From Deltaproteobacteria bacterium (GTDB taxonomy: Bacteria > Desulfobacterota > Binatia > UTPRO1): 64,000 nt of DNA. The notes under the pieces were generated by a model that was not told where the DNA came from, searched no databases, and saw nothing but the letters and a program-made list of their open reading frames with translations. A program made the position numbers and the translations under genes. Positions 38,736-50,836 of the stretch are shown in pieces. Position 1 is the first letter of the stretch, and every line of letters starts with the position of its first letter. Where the stretch lies: positions 26,024-90,023 of the forward strand of contig JADYZW010000035.1 in the NCBI GenBank assembly GCA_020852955.1, given 5' to 3'.

Positions 38736-39914
38736 TCACCCCAGGCTCCGGAAGACGCCAAACGCGCTCGTGTAGCCGTGCAGGAACGTCCGCCCGTGCA
38801 CCGGTCCGATCTCGCCGTTGCAGAAGAACCCGCCGAGCGGCACCCGACCGAGATGGCGCTGGAAGGTCCGCGTATCGTGGTCCGGAGTTCCGTAGAGCTG
38901 CTCGCCCCGACCGAGGCACGAGAAGATCAGCGAGCCCGCCGGCCGCTCGTGCGGATCCTCTCCGTAGCGGGACAACACCGCGTCGAGGTCCTGTGCCGAG
39001 GTCGCGGCGTCGCGCAGGTGGAACTGGACGACCATGCCCGTCCGCAGTGCCGCGCCGACCGCGATCGCCCCCGACTTCCCGTCGATGCCGAGGAGGTTGC
39101 GGATCAGGAAGTCGCCTTGCCGGTACGCCTCCTGCTCCTGCATGACGACCCCGAGGAAGAGCGAGCTCGCGAAGAGCTGGCGGTCGCGCGCGTCCGCCTC
39201 GGCGACGAGCTGCTGCAGCACCGCGAGCGCCGGCTTGCCGTCGAGCGCGTGAAGCACGTTCTGGTCGGCGCGCGTCACGAACATCGGCTCGCCGATCGGG
39301 CGGCAGCCCTGCGCGACCACCGTGTCGAGCTCGAGGTTGCCCGCGAGCGCGATGCCCACGGCGCCCGACCGATGGACCGCGTCGCCGAGATAGAGCGCGT
39401 TCGCGCCCGGCTCCCGGCCGCCGCTCGCGAGCCCCCCGATCTTGGGGCTCGCGGGATAGGCGGCGTCGAGCCCCGCCACCAGCGTCTCCGCGTCGAACGT
39501 GAAGGGATCCGGCAGCAGGACGAAGGCGGGACGACGCGCCGCCGCGACACCGGTGGCGCGCTCCCAGGCGTCGGCCGCCGCCGCCCGCGACGGTTGCGCG
39601 TCGCTCTCGAGGTGAAAGGGCCGCACGTCCACGCCCGGGAGCACCGCGGCGGTGAGCGACACGCCGGCCTGCCGCTCGAGCTCGCGCCCGCCGCCGATCA
39701 CGCCTCCCGCCGAGCATCCGAGCGCGAACCGCGGCGCCAAGGCCGCGCGCACGAGCGCGGGCAGCCGCTCGTACTCGCGCTGATGGTGCTCGGACACGAA
39801 GGCGGCCACGAGGTCGGGGGTGGCGCCGTCGAGGCCGGCCGCGACCGCGTCCGCGGCTTCGCGCACCGCGGCCTCGAGCGGCGTCGCCGTCGAGACCGCG
39901 GAGATCCAGCGCAT
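38736..39914 (-). CDS. FIST N/C domain protein
   Basis: GCSAGGVIG, LLPDPF, IGGLASG, VAQGCRPIG, FSCLGRG, GFFCNGEIGP, LHGYT. Confidence 0.92.
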   Translation of the reverse strand: MRWISAVSTATPLEAAVREAADAVAAGLDGATPDLVAAFVSEHHQREYERLPALVRAALAPRFALGCSAGGVIGGGRELERQAGVSLTAAVLPGVDVRPFHLESDAQPSRAAAADAWERATGVAAARRPAFVLLPDPFTFDAETLVAGLDAAYPASPKIGGLASGGREPGANALYLGDAVHRSGAVGIALAGNLELDTVVAQGCRPIGEPMFVTRADQNVLHALDGKPALAVLQQLVAEADARDRQLFASSLFLGVVMQEQEAYRQGDFLIRNLLGIDGKSGAIAVGAALRTGMVVQFHLRDAATSAQDLDAVLSRYGEDPHERPAGSLIFSCLGRGEQLYGTPDHDTRTFQRHLGRVPLGGFFCNGEIGPVHGRTFLHGYTSAFGVFRSLG

Positions 39915-39996
39915 GCGAGGATCCCTAGGCAGAATATGCACGGGCCGCAAGCGTCGGCGCCTTGAGAGTCGCCCGCCAACGGCGTATGCGCCCACG

Positions 39997-40890
39997 ATGC
40001 GAAGCGACGTCTCGTTCACGAGCGACGGCACAATCTGCCGCGGCTGGCTCACCCTCCCCGACGACCGCGCCCCGGGCGCGCGCGCGCCGGCGATCGTCAT
40101 GGCCCACGGCTTCGCGGCCGTGAAGGAGATGCGGCTCGACCGCTTCGCCGAGGCGTTCGCGGCGGCGGGGCTCGCGAGCCTCGTCTTCGACTACCGCGGG
40201 CTCGGCGCGAGCGACGGCGAGCCGCGCCAGGATCTCGACCCGTACGCGCAGGTGCGGGACTACCGGAACGCCATCAGCTGCGCGCGCGCCCGGCCGGAGA
40301 TCGACCCGGAACGCATCGGCGTCTGGGGCTCGAGCTACAGCGGCGGACACGCCCTCACCGTGGGCGCCTGGGACCGGCGCGTGCGCGCGGTCGTCGCCCA
40401 GGTGCCCCTCATCGACGCGTGGGAGTTCGTGACGCGGGGGCTCGGTCCCGCGCTGCGAGACGCGCTCGTCGCGCAGCAGATCGCGGAGCGCGAGCGCCTC
40501 TTCGCGGGCGGCGCGCCCGCGATGATCCCGGTCGTCGGCGCGCCCGACGCCGCGCTCGGAACGCCCGACGCCGCCGCGTGGGTCGAGCGGGCCGCCGCCG
40601 CGGCGCCGTCGTTCCGGAACGAGGTCACGCTGCGCTCGTGGGAACGCCTCCTCGAGTACTCGCCGCTGCGTTGGATCGACCGCGTCGCGCCGACGCCGGT
40701 CGCGATCGTCGCCGCCGAGCACGACCTCCTCTGCCCGATCGAGCTCGCACGCGAGGCGTTCGCGCGCGCCGGCGAGCCGAAGCGCCTCGTCGTGCTGCCC
40801 GTTGGCCACTTCGATCCCTACGAGCCTCCGGGCTTCGCCGACGCCGCCGGCGCCGCGATCGACTGGTTCACGACGCACCTCGGTCACTGA
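39997..40890 (+). CDS. alpha/beta hydrolase (AidA/peptidase S15-like)
   Basis: MAHGF.AVKE, FDYRG.G.SDGEPR, WGSSYSGG, GHFDPY. Confidence 0.88.
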   Translation: MRSDVSFTSDGTICRGWLTLPDDRAPGARAPAIVMAHGFAAVKEMRLDRFAEAFAAAGLASLVFDYRGLGASDGEPRQDLDPYAQVRDYRNAISCARARPEIDPERIGVWGSSYSGGHALTVGAWDRRVRAVVAQVPLIDAWEFVTRGLGPALRDALVAQQIAERERLFAGGAPAMIPVVGAPDAALGTPDAAAWVERAAAAAPSFRNEVTLRSWERLLEYSPLRWIDRVAPTPVAIVAAEHDLLCPIELAREAFARAGEPKRLVVLPVGHFDPYEPPGFADAAGAAIDWFTTHLGH

Positions 40891-40892
40891 GG

Positions 40893-41918
40893 ATGGCGCA
40901 CACGCGCTCGCGGCTCCCCACCTACGGCGCGGCCGGCCGCCTCGCCCGGATCGTGCTCGGGCTGATGTCGCGGCCGCACGGCTGGCCGCTCGCCGCGATC
41001 ACCGCCGAGCTCGGCATCTCCGAGCGGACGCTGCTGCGCTACCTCGCGGTCTGCCGGAACGAGCTCCTCGACGCGCAGGGCCGCCCGATGATCGAAGTCG
41101 TCGGCCAAGGCGGCGCGCGCGCGCTGAAGCTCGTGGACCACGGCCTCGCCCCCGACGCCGGCGTGTTCGAAGCCGTCTTCTTCTACTTCACGCAGACCGT
41201 GCTCACCTTCCTCGAAGGCACCGTGCTCAAGGACGGCGTCGCCGGCCTCTGGGAGCGCCTCCACCGCGGCCTCCCCGCGAGCCAGCGCACGCGCCTCGTG
41301 AACCTCGGCAAGAAGTTCTACGCGGTGCCGTTCGCGGCCAAGGACTACCGCGGCCACGACGAGCAGCTCGACCTCGCCGTGCGATGCCTGATCGACCAGC
41401 ACCGCATGCGGGTCGACTACCAGGGCCTCGTCGGCGAGGGGAAGGTGCACGACTTCGACCCCTACACGCTCGTGCACTACCGGGGCGGCCTGTACCTCAT
41501 CGGCTACAGCCACCGCTACCGCAAGAACATCTGGCTCGCGGTCGAGCGCATCCGGAGCGTGACGAAGCTCCCCTACCGCTTTGACTACCCGGCGGGCTAC
41601 AGCCCCGAGAAGTACACCGAGGGCATGTTCGGGATCATCGAAGGCCCCGAAACGACGGTCGAGCTCCTGCTGCGCGGCAAGGAGACCGCGGCGTTCCTCG
41701 CTTCGCGCCGCCTGCACCCGACCCAGCGCTTCATCCCCCGCGCCGACGGCACGACGCTCCTCACCATGAAGGTGCGCGGCACGACCGAGCTGTCGAGCTG
41801 GATCCTCTCCCAGGCGCCGTGGGTCGAGGTGGTGAAGCCGGCGGCGCTCCGCGACGAGGTCGCGCGGCGGCTGCGCGAGGGCGCCGCGCTCTACGGCCGC
41901 AGCGCGCGTGAGCGCTGA
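40893..41918 (+). CDS. HTH-WYL-WCX transcriptional regulator
   Basis: HTH ELGISERTLLRY; FDPYTLVHY..LYLIG....ERI; LHPTQ..EL..WILS..VEV.KP..LR. Confidence 0.9.
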   Translation: MAHTRSRLPTYGAAGRLARIVLGLMSRPHGWPLAAITAELGISERTLLRYLAVCRNELLDAQGRPMIEVVGQGGARALKLVDHGLAPDAGVFEAVFFYFTQTVLTFLEGTVLKDGVAGLWERLHRGLPASQRTRLVNLGKKFYAVPFAAKDYRGHDEQLDLAVRCLIDQHRMRVDYQGLVGEGKVHDFDPYTLVHYRGGLYLIGYSHRYRKNIWLAVERIRSVTKLPYRFDYPAGYSPEKYTEGMFGIIEGPETTVELLLRGKETAAFLASRRLHPTQRFIPRADGTTLLTMKVRGTTELSSWILSQAPWVEVVKPAALRDEVARRLREGAALYGRSARER

Positions 41919-42047
41919 ACGCGCGCGCCGCGACCGTTCCGGTCGATCGAGCGCGCAGACGCCCCGGGTGCCGCCGAGCTCGGAGTTGCGGCCCCCGTCG
42001 CCGTCGCGTCCGGGAGTTGCCCCTTGAGCCCGCAGATGCCGTCACGG

Positions 42048-42073
42048 GCCGACGCGACACTTCTCGCGTCGGC
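42048..42073. repeat. perfect 10-bp inverted repeat
   Basis: gccgacgcga-cacttc-tcgcgtcggc. Confidence 0.6.
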
Positions 42074-42112
42074 GCGAAATCGCGCGGCGGGTGTGGCACA
42101 TCCCCCATCGGT

Positions 42113-42184
42113 CGGGAGCTCGACCGTGAAGCACGCGCCGCGGCCGAGCTCGCTCGCGACCGTGATCGTCCCGCCGTGGCGCTC
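42113..42184 (-). pseudogene. remnant of a histidine-kinase HATPase C-terminus
   Basis: ERHGGTITVASELGRGACFTVELP with no upstream kinase motifs. Confidence 0.65.
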
Positions 42185-42510
42185 TGGCGCGTTTTCCCTC
42201 GCGAAACTTCGGTCGGTCCAGGGCCTCGCGTTCACCACCACCTCGCGGCGCGCTCCGGACGGCCTGGGCGGCCGCCGACCCAAATCGGGGTTCCGGGCTA
42301 GCGGGCGAGCTCCGACAGTGCTAGAGCACGAGGGCGTGACCGGTGTCGTGCCGTACGCTCAGCGCGTACGACGTGACGCCGCCGCCCCGGGCGTTGCGTG
42401 GTGTAGCCCCCACCGCCGCGGTGAGAACGACTGTAGGGAACGAGCCTGGCCGCAGGCACGCGGTACGCCGCCGGACGGGCCGACACCTCGAACGACGGAG
42501 GAGAAACGGA

Positions 42511-43563
42511 ATGCTCGGGAAGATCCAGGAATTGCTCGGTAGCCATGCCGATTCCCTGCTGCGCCACAGCTGCAAGACCATCTCCAGAGATCTGCTGCAC
42601 GCGCCCGGTCCCGATTTTCTGGAGCGCGTCTGGATCGACTCCGATCGCAAGCCCGCGGTGCTCCGGAACCTCCAGACCATGTTCGGCCACGGCCGCCTCG
42701 CCCACTCGGGCTACCTCTCGATCCTCCCCGTCGATCAGGGCATCGAGCACTCCGGCGGCGCGAGCTTCGCGCCGAACCCGATCTACTTCGACCCGAAGAG
42801 CATCGTCGAGCTCGCGATCGAGGGCGGTTGCAACGCGGTCGCGAGCACGCTCGGCGTGCTCGGCGCGGTCGCGAAGCGCTACGCGCACCGCATCCCGTTC
42901 ATCCTCAAGTTCAACCACAGCGAGCTCATCACGTACCCGAACAAGTTCGACCAGATCCTCTTCGCGAGCATGCAGCAGGCGTTCGACATGGGCTGCGTCG
43001 GGGTCGGCGCGACGATCTACTTCGGGTCGGACGGCGGCAGCCGCCAGCTCCAGGAGGTCGCGCGGGCGTTCGAGAAGGCCCACGAGCTCGGCATGTTCAC
43101 GGTGCTGTGGTGCTACCTCCGCAACAACGCCTTCAAGACGAAGGAGGCCGACTACCACGAGTCGGCCGACCTCACCGGGCAGGCCAACCACATCGGCACG
43201 ACGATCCAGGCCGACATCATCAAGCAGAAGCTCCCGACCAACAACGGCGGCTACACCGCGCTGAACTTCGGGAAGACCCACGACAAGGTCTACTCGCAGC
43301 TCACGAGCGACCATCCGATCGACCTCTGCCGCTATCAGGTCGCGAACTGCTACATGGGGCGGAGCGGCCTCATCAACTCCGGCGGCGCGTCGGGCAAGAA
43401 CGACCTCGCCGACGCCGCCTTCACCGCCGTCGTCAACAAGCGCGCCGGCGGGACCGGGCTCATCTCCGGCCGCAAGGCCTTCCAGAAGCCCATGAAGCAG
43501 GGCGTGGAGATCCTGAACACGATTCAGGACGTCTACCTCTGCAAGGAGATCGGCCTCGCCTAG
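42511..43563 (+). CDS. fbaB: class I fructose-bisphosphate aldolase (DhnA type)
   Basis: [55 protein letters not shown]. Confidence 0.96.
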   Translation: MLGKIQELLGSHADSLLRHSCKTISRDLLHAPGPDFLERVWIDSDRKPAVLRNLQTMFGHGRLAHSGYLSILPVDQGIEHSGGASFAPNPIYFDPKSIVELAIEGGCNAVASTLGVLGAVAKRYAHRIPFILKFNHSELITYPNKFDQILFASMQQAFDMGCVGVGATIYFGSDGGSRQLQEVARAFEKAHELGMFTVLWCYLRNNAFKTKEADYHESADLTGQANHIGTTIQADIIKQKLPTNNGGYTALNFGKTHDKVYSQLTSDHPIDLCRYQVANCYMGRSGLINSGGASGKNDLADAAFTAVVNKRAGGTGLISGRKAFQKPMKQGVEILNTIQDVYLCKEIGLA

Positions 43564-43666
43564 ATACCGACGACGAACCGGACGGCGGCCGGGCGATCCC
43601 GAAGGGACGCCGAGCGCCGGAACGTCCGACGCCGGGCCCGAGGTCGGCATCGAGAGCGCTGCGGTC

Positions 43667-45676
<2,010 letters not shown>

Positions 45677-45743
45677 CGCGGCGGCGGGCGCCGCTCCGGC
45701 GGAGGTGGCGGCGGCGCGGCGCCCGCCCGCGTCCCTTGGCCGG

Positions 45744-46283
45744 CTACAACCGCACGAAGCGATACGCCCGCTGCGCGCGGGTGACGAGGCCGAGGCCGAG
45801 GACGTCGCCGATGAGCTCCACGGCAACGATGACGTCCGGGTCCTCGAACGTCACGGCCGGAGCGTGGCCGCGGGCTTCGAGGGCGGCCGCGAGCGCACCG
45901 CCGAGGCGGCGCTCGAGGTCGTCCGAGCGGAGGACGCGGCGGTGGCCGCGACGCTCGACGCGAACGTGGAACGAGCGCCCGACGAGCGCATCGACGAAGG
46001 ACGCGCTCTCGGCGACGAGCTGCGCGCCGACGTCGGCCGCGAGCGCACGCGTCCGCTCGACCGGCACCACGCGGGCGAGCACCTCGGTCGCGAGAACCGG
46101 ATCCGCCTCGAGCCGCTCGGCGAGCGCCGCGAGGCACGCGTCGACGTCGCCGCTGCGGCCGACCAGCACTTCGGAATAGCCGGCGCGCCGCAGCTGCACG
46201 ATCGGACGCACCGCCCGCACGAGATCGTGGCGCCGGCCGCCGTGCGCGGTGACGACCAGGTTCCAATCGAGGCGCGCGAACAC
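45744..46283 (-). CDS. stand-alone THUMP-domain protein
   Basis: DWNLVVT; SFHVRVERRG...LE..LG...V.FEDPD.IVAVE. Confidence 0.7.
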   Translation of the reverse strand: MFARLDWNLVVTAHGGRRHDLVRAVRPIVQLRRAGYSEVLVGRSGDVDACLAALAERLEADPVLATEVLARVVPVERTRALAADVGAQLVAESASFVDALVGRSFHVRVERRGHRRVLRSDDLERRLGGALAAALEARGHAPAVTFEDPDVIVAVELIGDVLGLGLVTRAQRAYRFVRL

Positions 46284-46390
46284 ACCGCCCCATACCCGAT
46301 GCGGATCGGGAATGCTCGCGCACCGCGCCGGATGAGCGGGCCGCCGGCGCGCCGCTTGACGACCTCCAAGCGAGCGGACATGGAGCGGAC

Positions 46391-49018
46391 ATGACGTCCT
46401 CCGGGGGCGACGCCGCGCCGCCGCCCACCTCGCGGCCGCGGCGGCGCGCCCGGCTCGAGGCCCATCGTCAGGAGCTCGCCTCGGCCTTCGGGGTCGCGCT
46501 CTTCGGGGCGGCGCTCTGGATCCTCCATCGCGAGCTCCGCGCCTACTCGTACCCGGAGGTGATGGCCGCGCTGCGCGCCCTGCCGCGCGCGCGCCTCGCC
46601 CTCGGACTCGCATGCACGGCCGCGAGTTATGGCCTCCTCACCGGCTACGACGCGCTCGCGTGCCGCTACCTCGCGCTCGCGCTCCGCTACCGCCAGATCG
46701 CGCTCGCGTCGTTCGTCGGCTACGCCTTCAGCCACAACGTCGGCGCGTCGTTCCTCGGCGGCGGCGCGATCCGCTACCGGCTGTACTCGAGCTGGGGACT
46801 CCAGGCCGGCGAGATCGCGACGATCGTCGCCTTCAACGGCGTCACGTTCTGGCTCGGGTTCCTCCTGCTGACCGGCGGCGCGCTCCTCTTCGAGCCGGCG
46901 GCGGCCCTCTCGGCGCGCACGCTTCCGGCCGGGACCGAGCCCGCCGTCGGCGTCGTCTGCCTCGGCGTCGTCGCGACCTACCTCGGATGGGCCGCGGTGC
47001 GCCGGACGCCGCTCCGCATCCGCGCCTTCGAGCTCCGCATCCCGCCGCTCGGTCTCACCCTCGTGCAGCTCGCGCTCTCGACCCTCGACTGGGCGCTCGC
47101 CGCGAGCGTGCTGTACGTGCTGCTGCCACCGTCTCCGACGCTCGGCTTCGCGGCCTTCCTCACCGCGTTCCTCCTCGCCCAGCTGGCGGGGCTCGCGAGC
47201 CATCTCCCGGCGGGGCTCGGCGTCTTCGAGACCGTCATCCTGGTCGCACTCGCGCCGCACCTCCCGGGCGCGGCGCTGCTGGGGTCGCTCGTCGCGTACC
47301 GCGTCCTCTACTACCTCGCGCCGCTGCTCGCCGCGGGCGCGCTGCTCGGCGCGCACGAGCTCCGGCAGCGGACCGTGGTTCGGCGCGTCGGTGGCCTCTT
47401 CGGCCGCGTCGTCCCCGAGATCGTGCCGCAGGCGCTCGCCGTGACGACCTTCCTCGGCGGTGTCATCCTCCTCGCCTCGGGCGCGACGCCGGCGATCCAC
47501 GGCCGCCTCGGCTGGCTGCAGACCTTCCTGCCGCTACCCGTCCTCGAGACCTCCCACTTCTTCGGCAGCCTGACCGGCGTCGGCCTCCTCCTGCTCGCGC
47601 GCGGCCTGCAGCACCGGCTCGACGCCGCCTACCTCGGCACGGTCGGGCTGCTGTCGGCCGGCGTCGTGTTCTCGCTGCTCAAGGGCCTCGACTACGAAGA
47701 GGCCCTCATTCTCGCCGTGATGCTCGCGGCGCTCCTCCCCTGCCGCAAGCACTTCTACCGGCGCGCCTCGCTCCTCGACGAGTCCTTCACCGCGGGGTGG
47801 AGCCTCGCGATCGCGCTCGTCGTCCTGGGCTCGCTCTGGTTGCTGATGCTCTCGCATCGGCACGTCGACTACTCCAATCAGCTCTGGTGGCAGTTCGAGT
47901 TCGGCAGCAACACGCCGCGCGCGCTGCGCGCGACGACGGCCGCCTCGGTAGTGCTGATCGCGATCGGCCTGGCGCGCCTCCTCCGCCCCGCGCCGCCGCG
48001 GCCGCCGACGCCGACCGCCGCCGACCTCGATCGCGCCGCGGTCGTGATCGCGGCCGCGCCCCGCACCTACGCGCACCTCGCGCTCCTCGGCGACAAGACC
48101 CTCCTCTTCCGCACCGACGCCGGCGCCGTCCCGCGCGCCTTCATCATGTACGGCGTCGAAGGACGCAGCTGGGTGGCGTTCGGCGATCCCGTGGGACCGC
48201 CCGAGGACGGCCGCGAGCTCGCGTGGCGCTTCCGGGAGCTCAGCGACGCGCACGCCGGCTGGACGGTCTTCTACGAGGTCGGCCCGGAGAACCTGCCGCT
48301 CTACCTCGACCTCGGCCTGAGCCTCTTGAAGCTCGGCGAGGAGGCGCGCGTGCCCCTCGCGACGTTCGGCCTCGACGGCAGCGCGCGCAAGAGCCTCCGT
48401 CAGACCCATCGCCGCGTCGCAAAGGAGGGCGTGAGCTTCGCGCTCGTGCCGACCGAGCAGGTGCCGGCGCTGCTCCCCGACCTGCAGCGCGTCTCGGACG
48501 CGTGGCTCGGCGAGAAGCGGACGCGCGAGAAGGGCTTCTCGCTCGGCTTCTTCTCGCCGGACTACCTCCGGCGCGCGCCGGTCGCCGTCGTGCGCCGCGA
48601 GGAGCGGATCGTGGCCTTCGCCAACGTCCTGCCCGGCGGCGGGCGCGAGGAGCTCTCGGTCGACCTCATGCGCTACGAGCCCGCGGCGGCGCCGCCGGGC
48701 GTGATGGACTACCTCTTCCTCGAGCTCATGCTGTGGGGTCGGAACGCCGGCTACCGCTGGTTCAGCCTCGGGATGGCTCCCTTCTCGGGCTTCGACGTGC
48801 GCACGCTCGCCCCGCTCTGGAGCCGCGCCGGCGCCTTCCTCTTCCGGCAGGGCGAGCACTTCTACAACTTCCGGGGCGTCCGCCAGTACAAGGACAAGTT
48901 CGATCCGGTGTGGGAGCCGCGCTACCTCGCCTCGCCCGGCGGGCTCGCGCTGCCGCGCATCCTGACGAACGTCGCCGCCCTCGTCTCGGGCGGCCTCGCC
49001 GGCGTGGTGCGCAAGTGA
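46391..49018 (+). CDS. mprF: bifunctional aminoacyl-phosphatidylglycerol flippase/synthetase
   Basis: many TMs; LGDK, GDPVGP, KLGEEA, EKGFSLG, DLMRY, FYNF.G.RQYK.KF.P.WEPRY. Confidence 0.95.
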   Translation: MTSSGGDAAPPPTSRPRRRARLEAHRQELASAFGVALFGAALWILHRELRAYSYPEVMAALRALPRARLALGLACTAASYGLLTGYDALACRYLALALRYRQIALASFVGYAFSHNVGASFLGGGAIRYRLYSSWGLQAGEIATIVAFNGVTFWLGFLLLTGGALLFEPAAALSARTLPAGTEPAVGVVCLGVVATYLGWAAVRRTPLRIRAFELRIPPLGLTLVQLALSTLDWALAASVLYVLLPPSPTLGFAAFLTAFLLAQLAGLASHLPAGLGVFETVILVALAPHLPGAALLGSLVAYRVLYYLAPLLAAGALLGAHELRQRTVVRRVGGLFGRVVPEIVPQALAVTTFLGGVILLASGATPAIHGRLGWLQTFLPLPVLETSHFFGSLTGVGLLLLARGLQHRLDAAYLGTVGLLSAGVVFSLLKGLDYEEALILAVMLAALLPCRKHFYRRASLLDESFTAGWSLAIALVVLGSLWLLMLSHRHVDYSNQLWWQFEFGSNTPRALRATTAASVVLIAIGLARLLRPAPPRPPTPTAADLDRAAVVIAAAPRTYAHLALLGDKTLLFRTDAGAVPRAFIMYGVEGRSWVAFGDPVGPPEDGRELAWRFRELSDAHAGWTVFYEVGPENLPLYLDLGLSLLKLGEEARVPLATFGLDGSARKSLRQTHRRVAKEGVSFALVPTEQVPALLPDLQRVSDAWLGEKRTREKGFSLGFFSPDYLRRAPVAVVRREERIVAFANVLPGGGREELSVDLMRYEPAAAPPGVMDYLFLELMLWGRNAGYRWFSLGMAPFSGFDVRTLAPLWSRAGAFLFRQGEHFYNFRGVRQYKDKFDPVWEPRYLASPGGLALPRILTNVAALVSGGLAGVVRK

Positions 49019-49109
49019 GGCCGCGCCGGCGTCACCCCCGGAGCGTCGGCCCGCGGGCGTCGACGACCAGGCGCGCGCCGCCCCCTACCGGATGTCTCCG
49101 CGGCGAGAG

Positions 49110-50813
49110 TTACGCGGCGCTCGCCGACCGGAGCGGCGCCGGGCAGACGAGCCGGACGCGCGTGCCCGCGCCCGGTGCCGATCGCACCTCCAGGCGACCG
49201 CCGAGCGCGAGGGCCCGCTCCTCCATGCCCACGAGGCCGAGCGCCTCGCTCACCCGCGCCGCCTCGGGCTCGAAGCCGCGGCCGTCGTCCGCGATCTCGA
49301 TCTCGAGTCCGTCGGGACCGACCGTGAGCGCGATCCCGATCGTCCGCGCGTCCGCGTGGCGGATCGCGTTCGCCAACGCCTCCTGCGCGATGCGGTAGAC
49401 GGCGATCTCGGTCTCCTCGTGGAGACGGGGGATCGGAGCGCGTACGTCGGTCGTGACGGTCGTCCCGGCCGTGCTCATGCCCTCGGCGAGGGACCGCAGG
49501 CTCTCCTCGAGCCCGAGCTCGCGGAGCGGCATCGGCCGGAGCTCGCGCGCGAGCTGCCGCAGGTGCTCGCCGACCTCGCCGACGTAGCGTCCGACGCGCG
49601 CGAGGTCGCCGGTCAATCCGGGCGCTTCCCCGGCGGCGCGCCGGCGCAGCGACTCGATCAGGATGCCGATGCCCACGAGCTCCTGGCAGACGTCGTCGTG
49701 CAGGTCGAAGCCGAGGCGCTTGCGCTCGTCCTCGCGGATGCTCGCCTGGTGGCGCGCGAGGCCGCGGAGCCGCTCCTCGCTCCGCCGGAGATCCTCGAGC
49801 GAGGCGCGGAGCGCGTCCTCCGCCGCGCGCCGCTCGGTGACGTCGCGTACGATCCCGCGCGCGCCGACGACGCGGCCGTCGGCGTCGTGGATCGGGGTGG
49901 CGACGCACTCGAGCCATCGCCGCCCTCCCGGGCCGGGGACCCAGTAGACCAGCGGCGGGAGCTCCTCGCCCGCCGCCATGCGGGCGCGGAGCGCGCGCGC
50001 ATCGGGATTCTCGGCGTCGCGGGGCACCAGCGTGCCGGCGTCCCGGCCGATCAACGACGCCGGCGTCGCGCCGCAGGCGCGGGCGAACGCCTCGTTCGCG
50101 TAGGTGATGCGGCCGTCGAGATCGTGCGCGTAGATCATGTCGCGCGCATGCTCGGCGAGGTCGCGGTAGGCCTCGTAGGCGGCCGCGAGCTGCCGGCGCG
50201 CGACGCGCCCGGCCGCGGCCTGCGCGAACGCCCGCGCCGTGCTCCGGGCGAGCGCCTCCGCGACGACGAGCGCCACGCCCGCGCCGAGTGCGGCCTCGAG
50301 CAGGATGACCGTCGAGTCGCTGAAGCGCTGGATCGTCGGCATCGCGACCGCGACCGGCAGCACGATCGCGCCGCTCGCCGCCAGGAGCGCCGCCGCCGCC
50401 CGCCACCCCCAGGCGAACGCCCAGGACGACCCCATGCAGATGAGCAGCACCGCGAACAGCATGACCTCGACCGAACCGCCGCCGATCGCGAAGAAGCCCG
50501 TCGCCAGCGCCACCATCGTCACGCAGGTGGCGAACGCGATCCGCTCCACGCGCGGCGCGCGCGCCTCGGCGCGGCACCAGGCGATGGCCAGGGCGAGGAC
50601 GAGCGCCTGGAGCCCGAGCGACGTCGCCGCCAGTCCGAACACGAGCCCGCCGTGCAGCACGCGGCCGGTCCGGAAGACGAGCCCGAGGCCGAGCCAGGCC
50701 GCCGCCGCCCACGGCAGGCTCTCGACGATGCGCTCGCGCCGCGCCTGCGCGAGCGTCGTGGCGCTCGCCTCGTCCGCGGCGACTGCCGCGAGAGCGCTGT
50801 CCGGTGCCGTCAT
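49110..50813 (-). CDS. membrane PAS sensor histidine kinase (HisKA_3/NarX type)
   Basis: TMs, PAS/PAC, ERKR...DLHDD, YRIAQEAL.NAIRHA, DDGRGF, LGL.GMEER. Confidence 0.92.
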   Translation of the reverse strand: MTAPDSALAAVAADEASATTLAQARRERIVESLPWAAAAWLGLGLVFRTGRVLHGGLVFGLAATSLGLQALVLALAIAWCRAEARAPRVERIAFATCVTMVALATGFFAIGGGSVEVMLFAVLLICMGSSWAFAWGWRAAAALLAASGAIVLPVAVAMPTIQRFSDSTVILLEAALGAGVALVVAEALARSTARAFAQAAAGRVARRQLAAAYEAYRDLAEHARDMIYAHDLDGRITYANEAFARACGATPASLIGRDAGTLVPRDAENPDARALRARMAAGEELPPLVYWVPGPGGRRWLECVATPIHDADGRVVGARGIVRDVTERRAAEDALRASLEDLRRSEERLRGLARHQASIREDERKRLGFDLHDDVCQELVGIGILIESLRRRAAGEAPGLTGDLARVGRYVGEVGEHLRQLARELRPMPLRELGLEESLRSLAEGMSTAGTTVTTDVRAPIPRLHEETEIAVYRIAQEALANAIRHADARTIGIALTVGPDGLEIEIADDGRGFEPEAARVSEALGLVGMEERALALGGRLEVRSAPGAGTRVRLVCPAPLRSASAA

Positions 50814-50836
50814 GACGACCGCGCGGCGGCCGCGTC

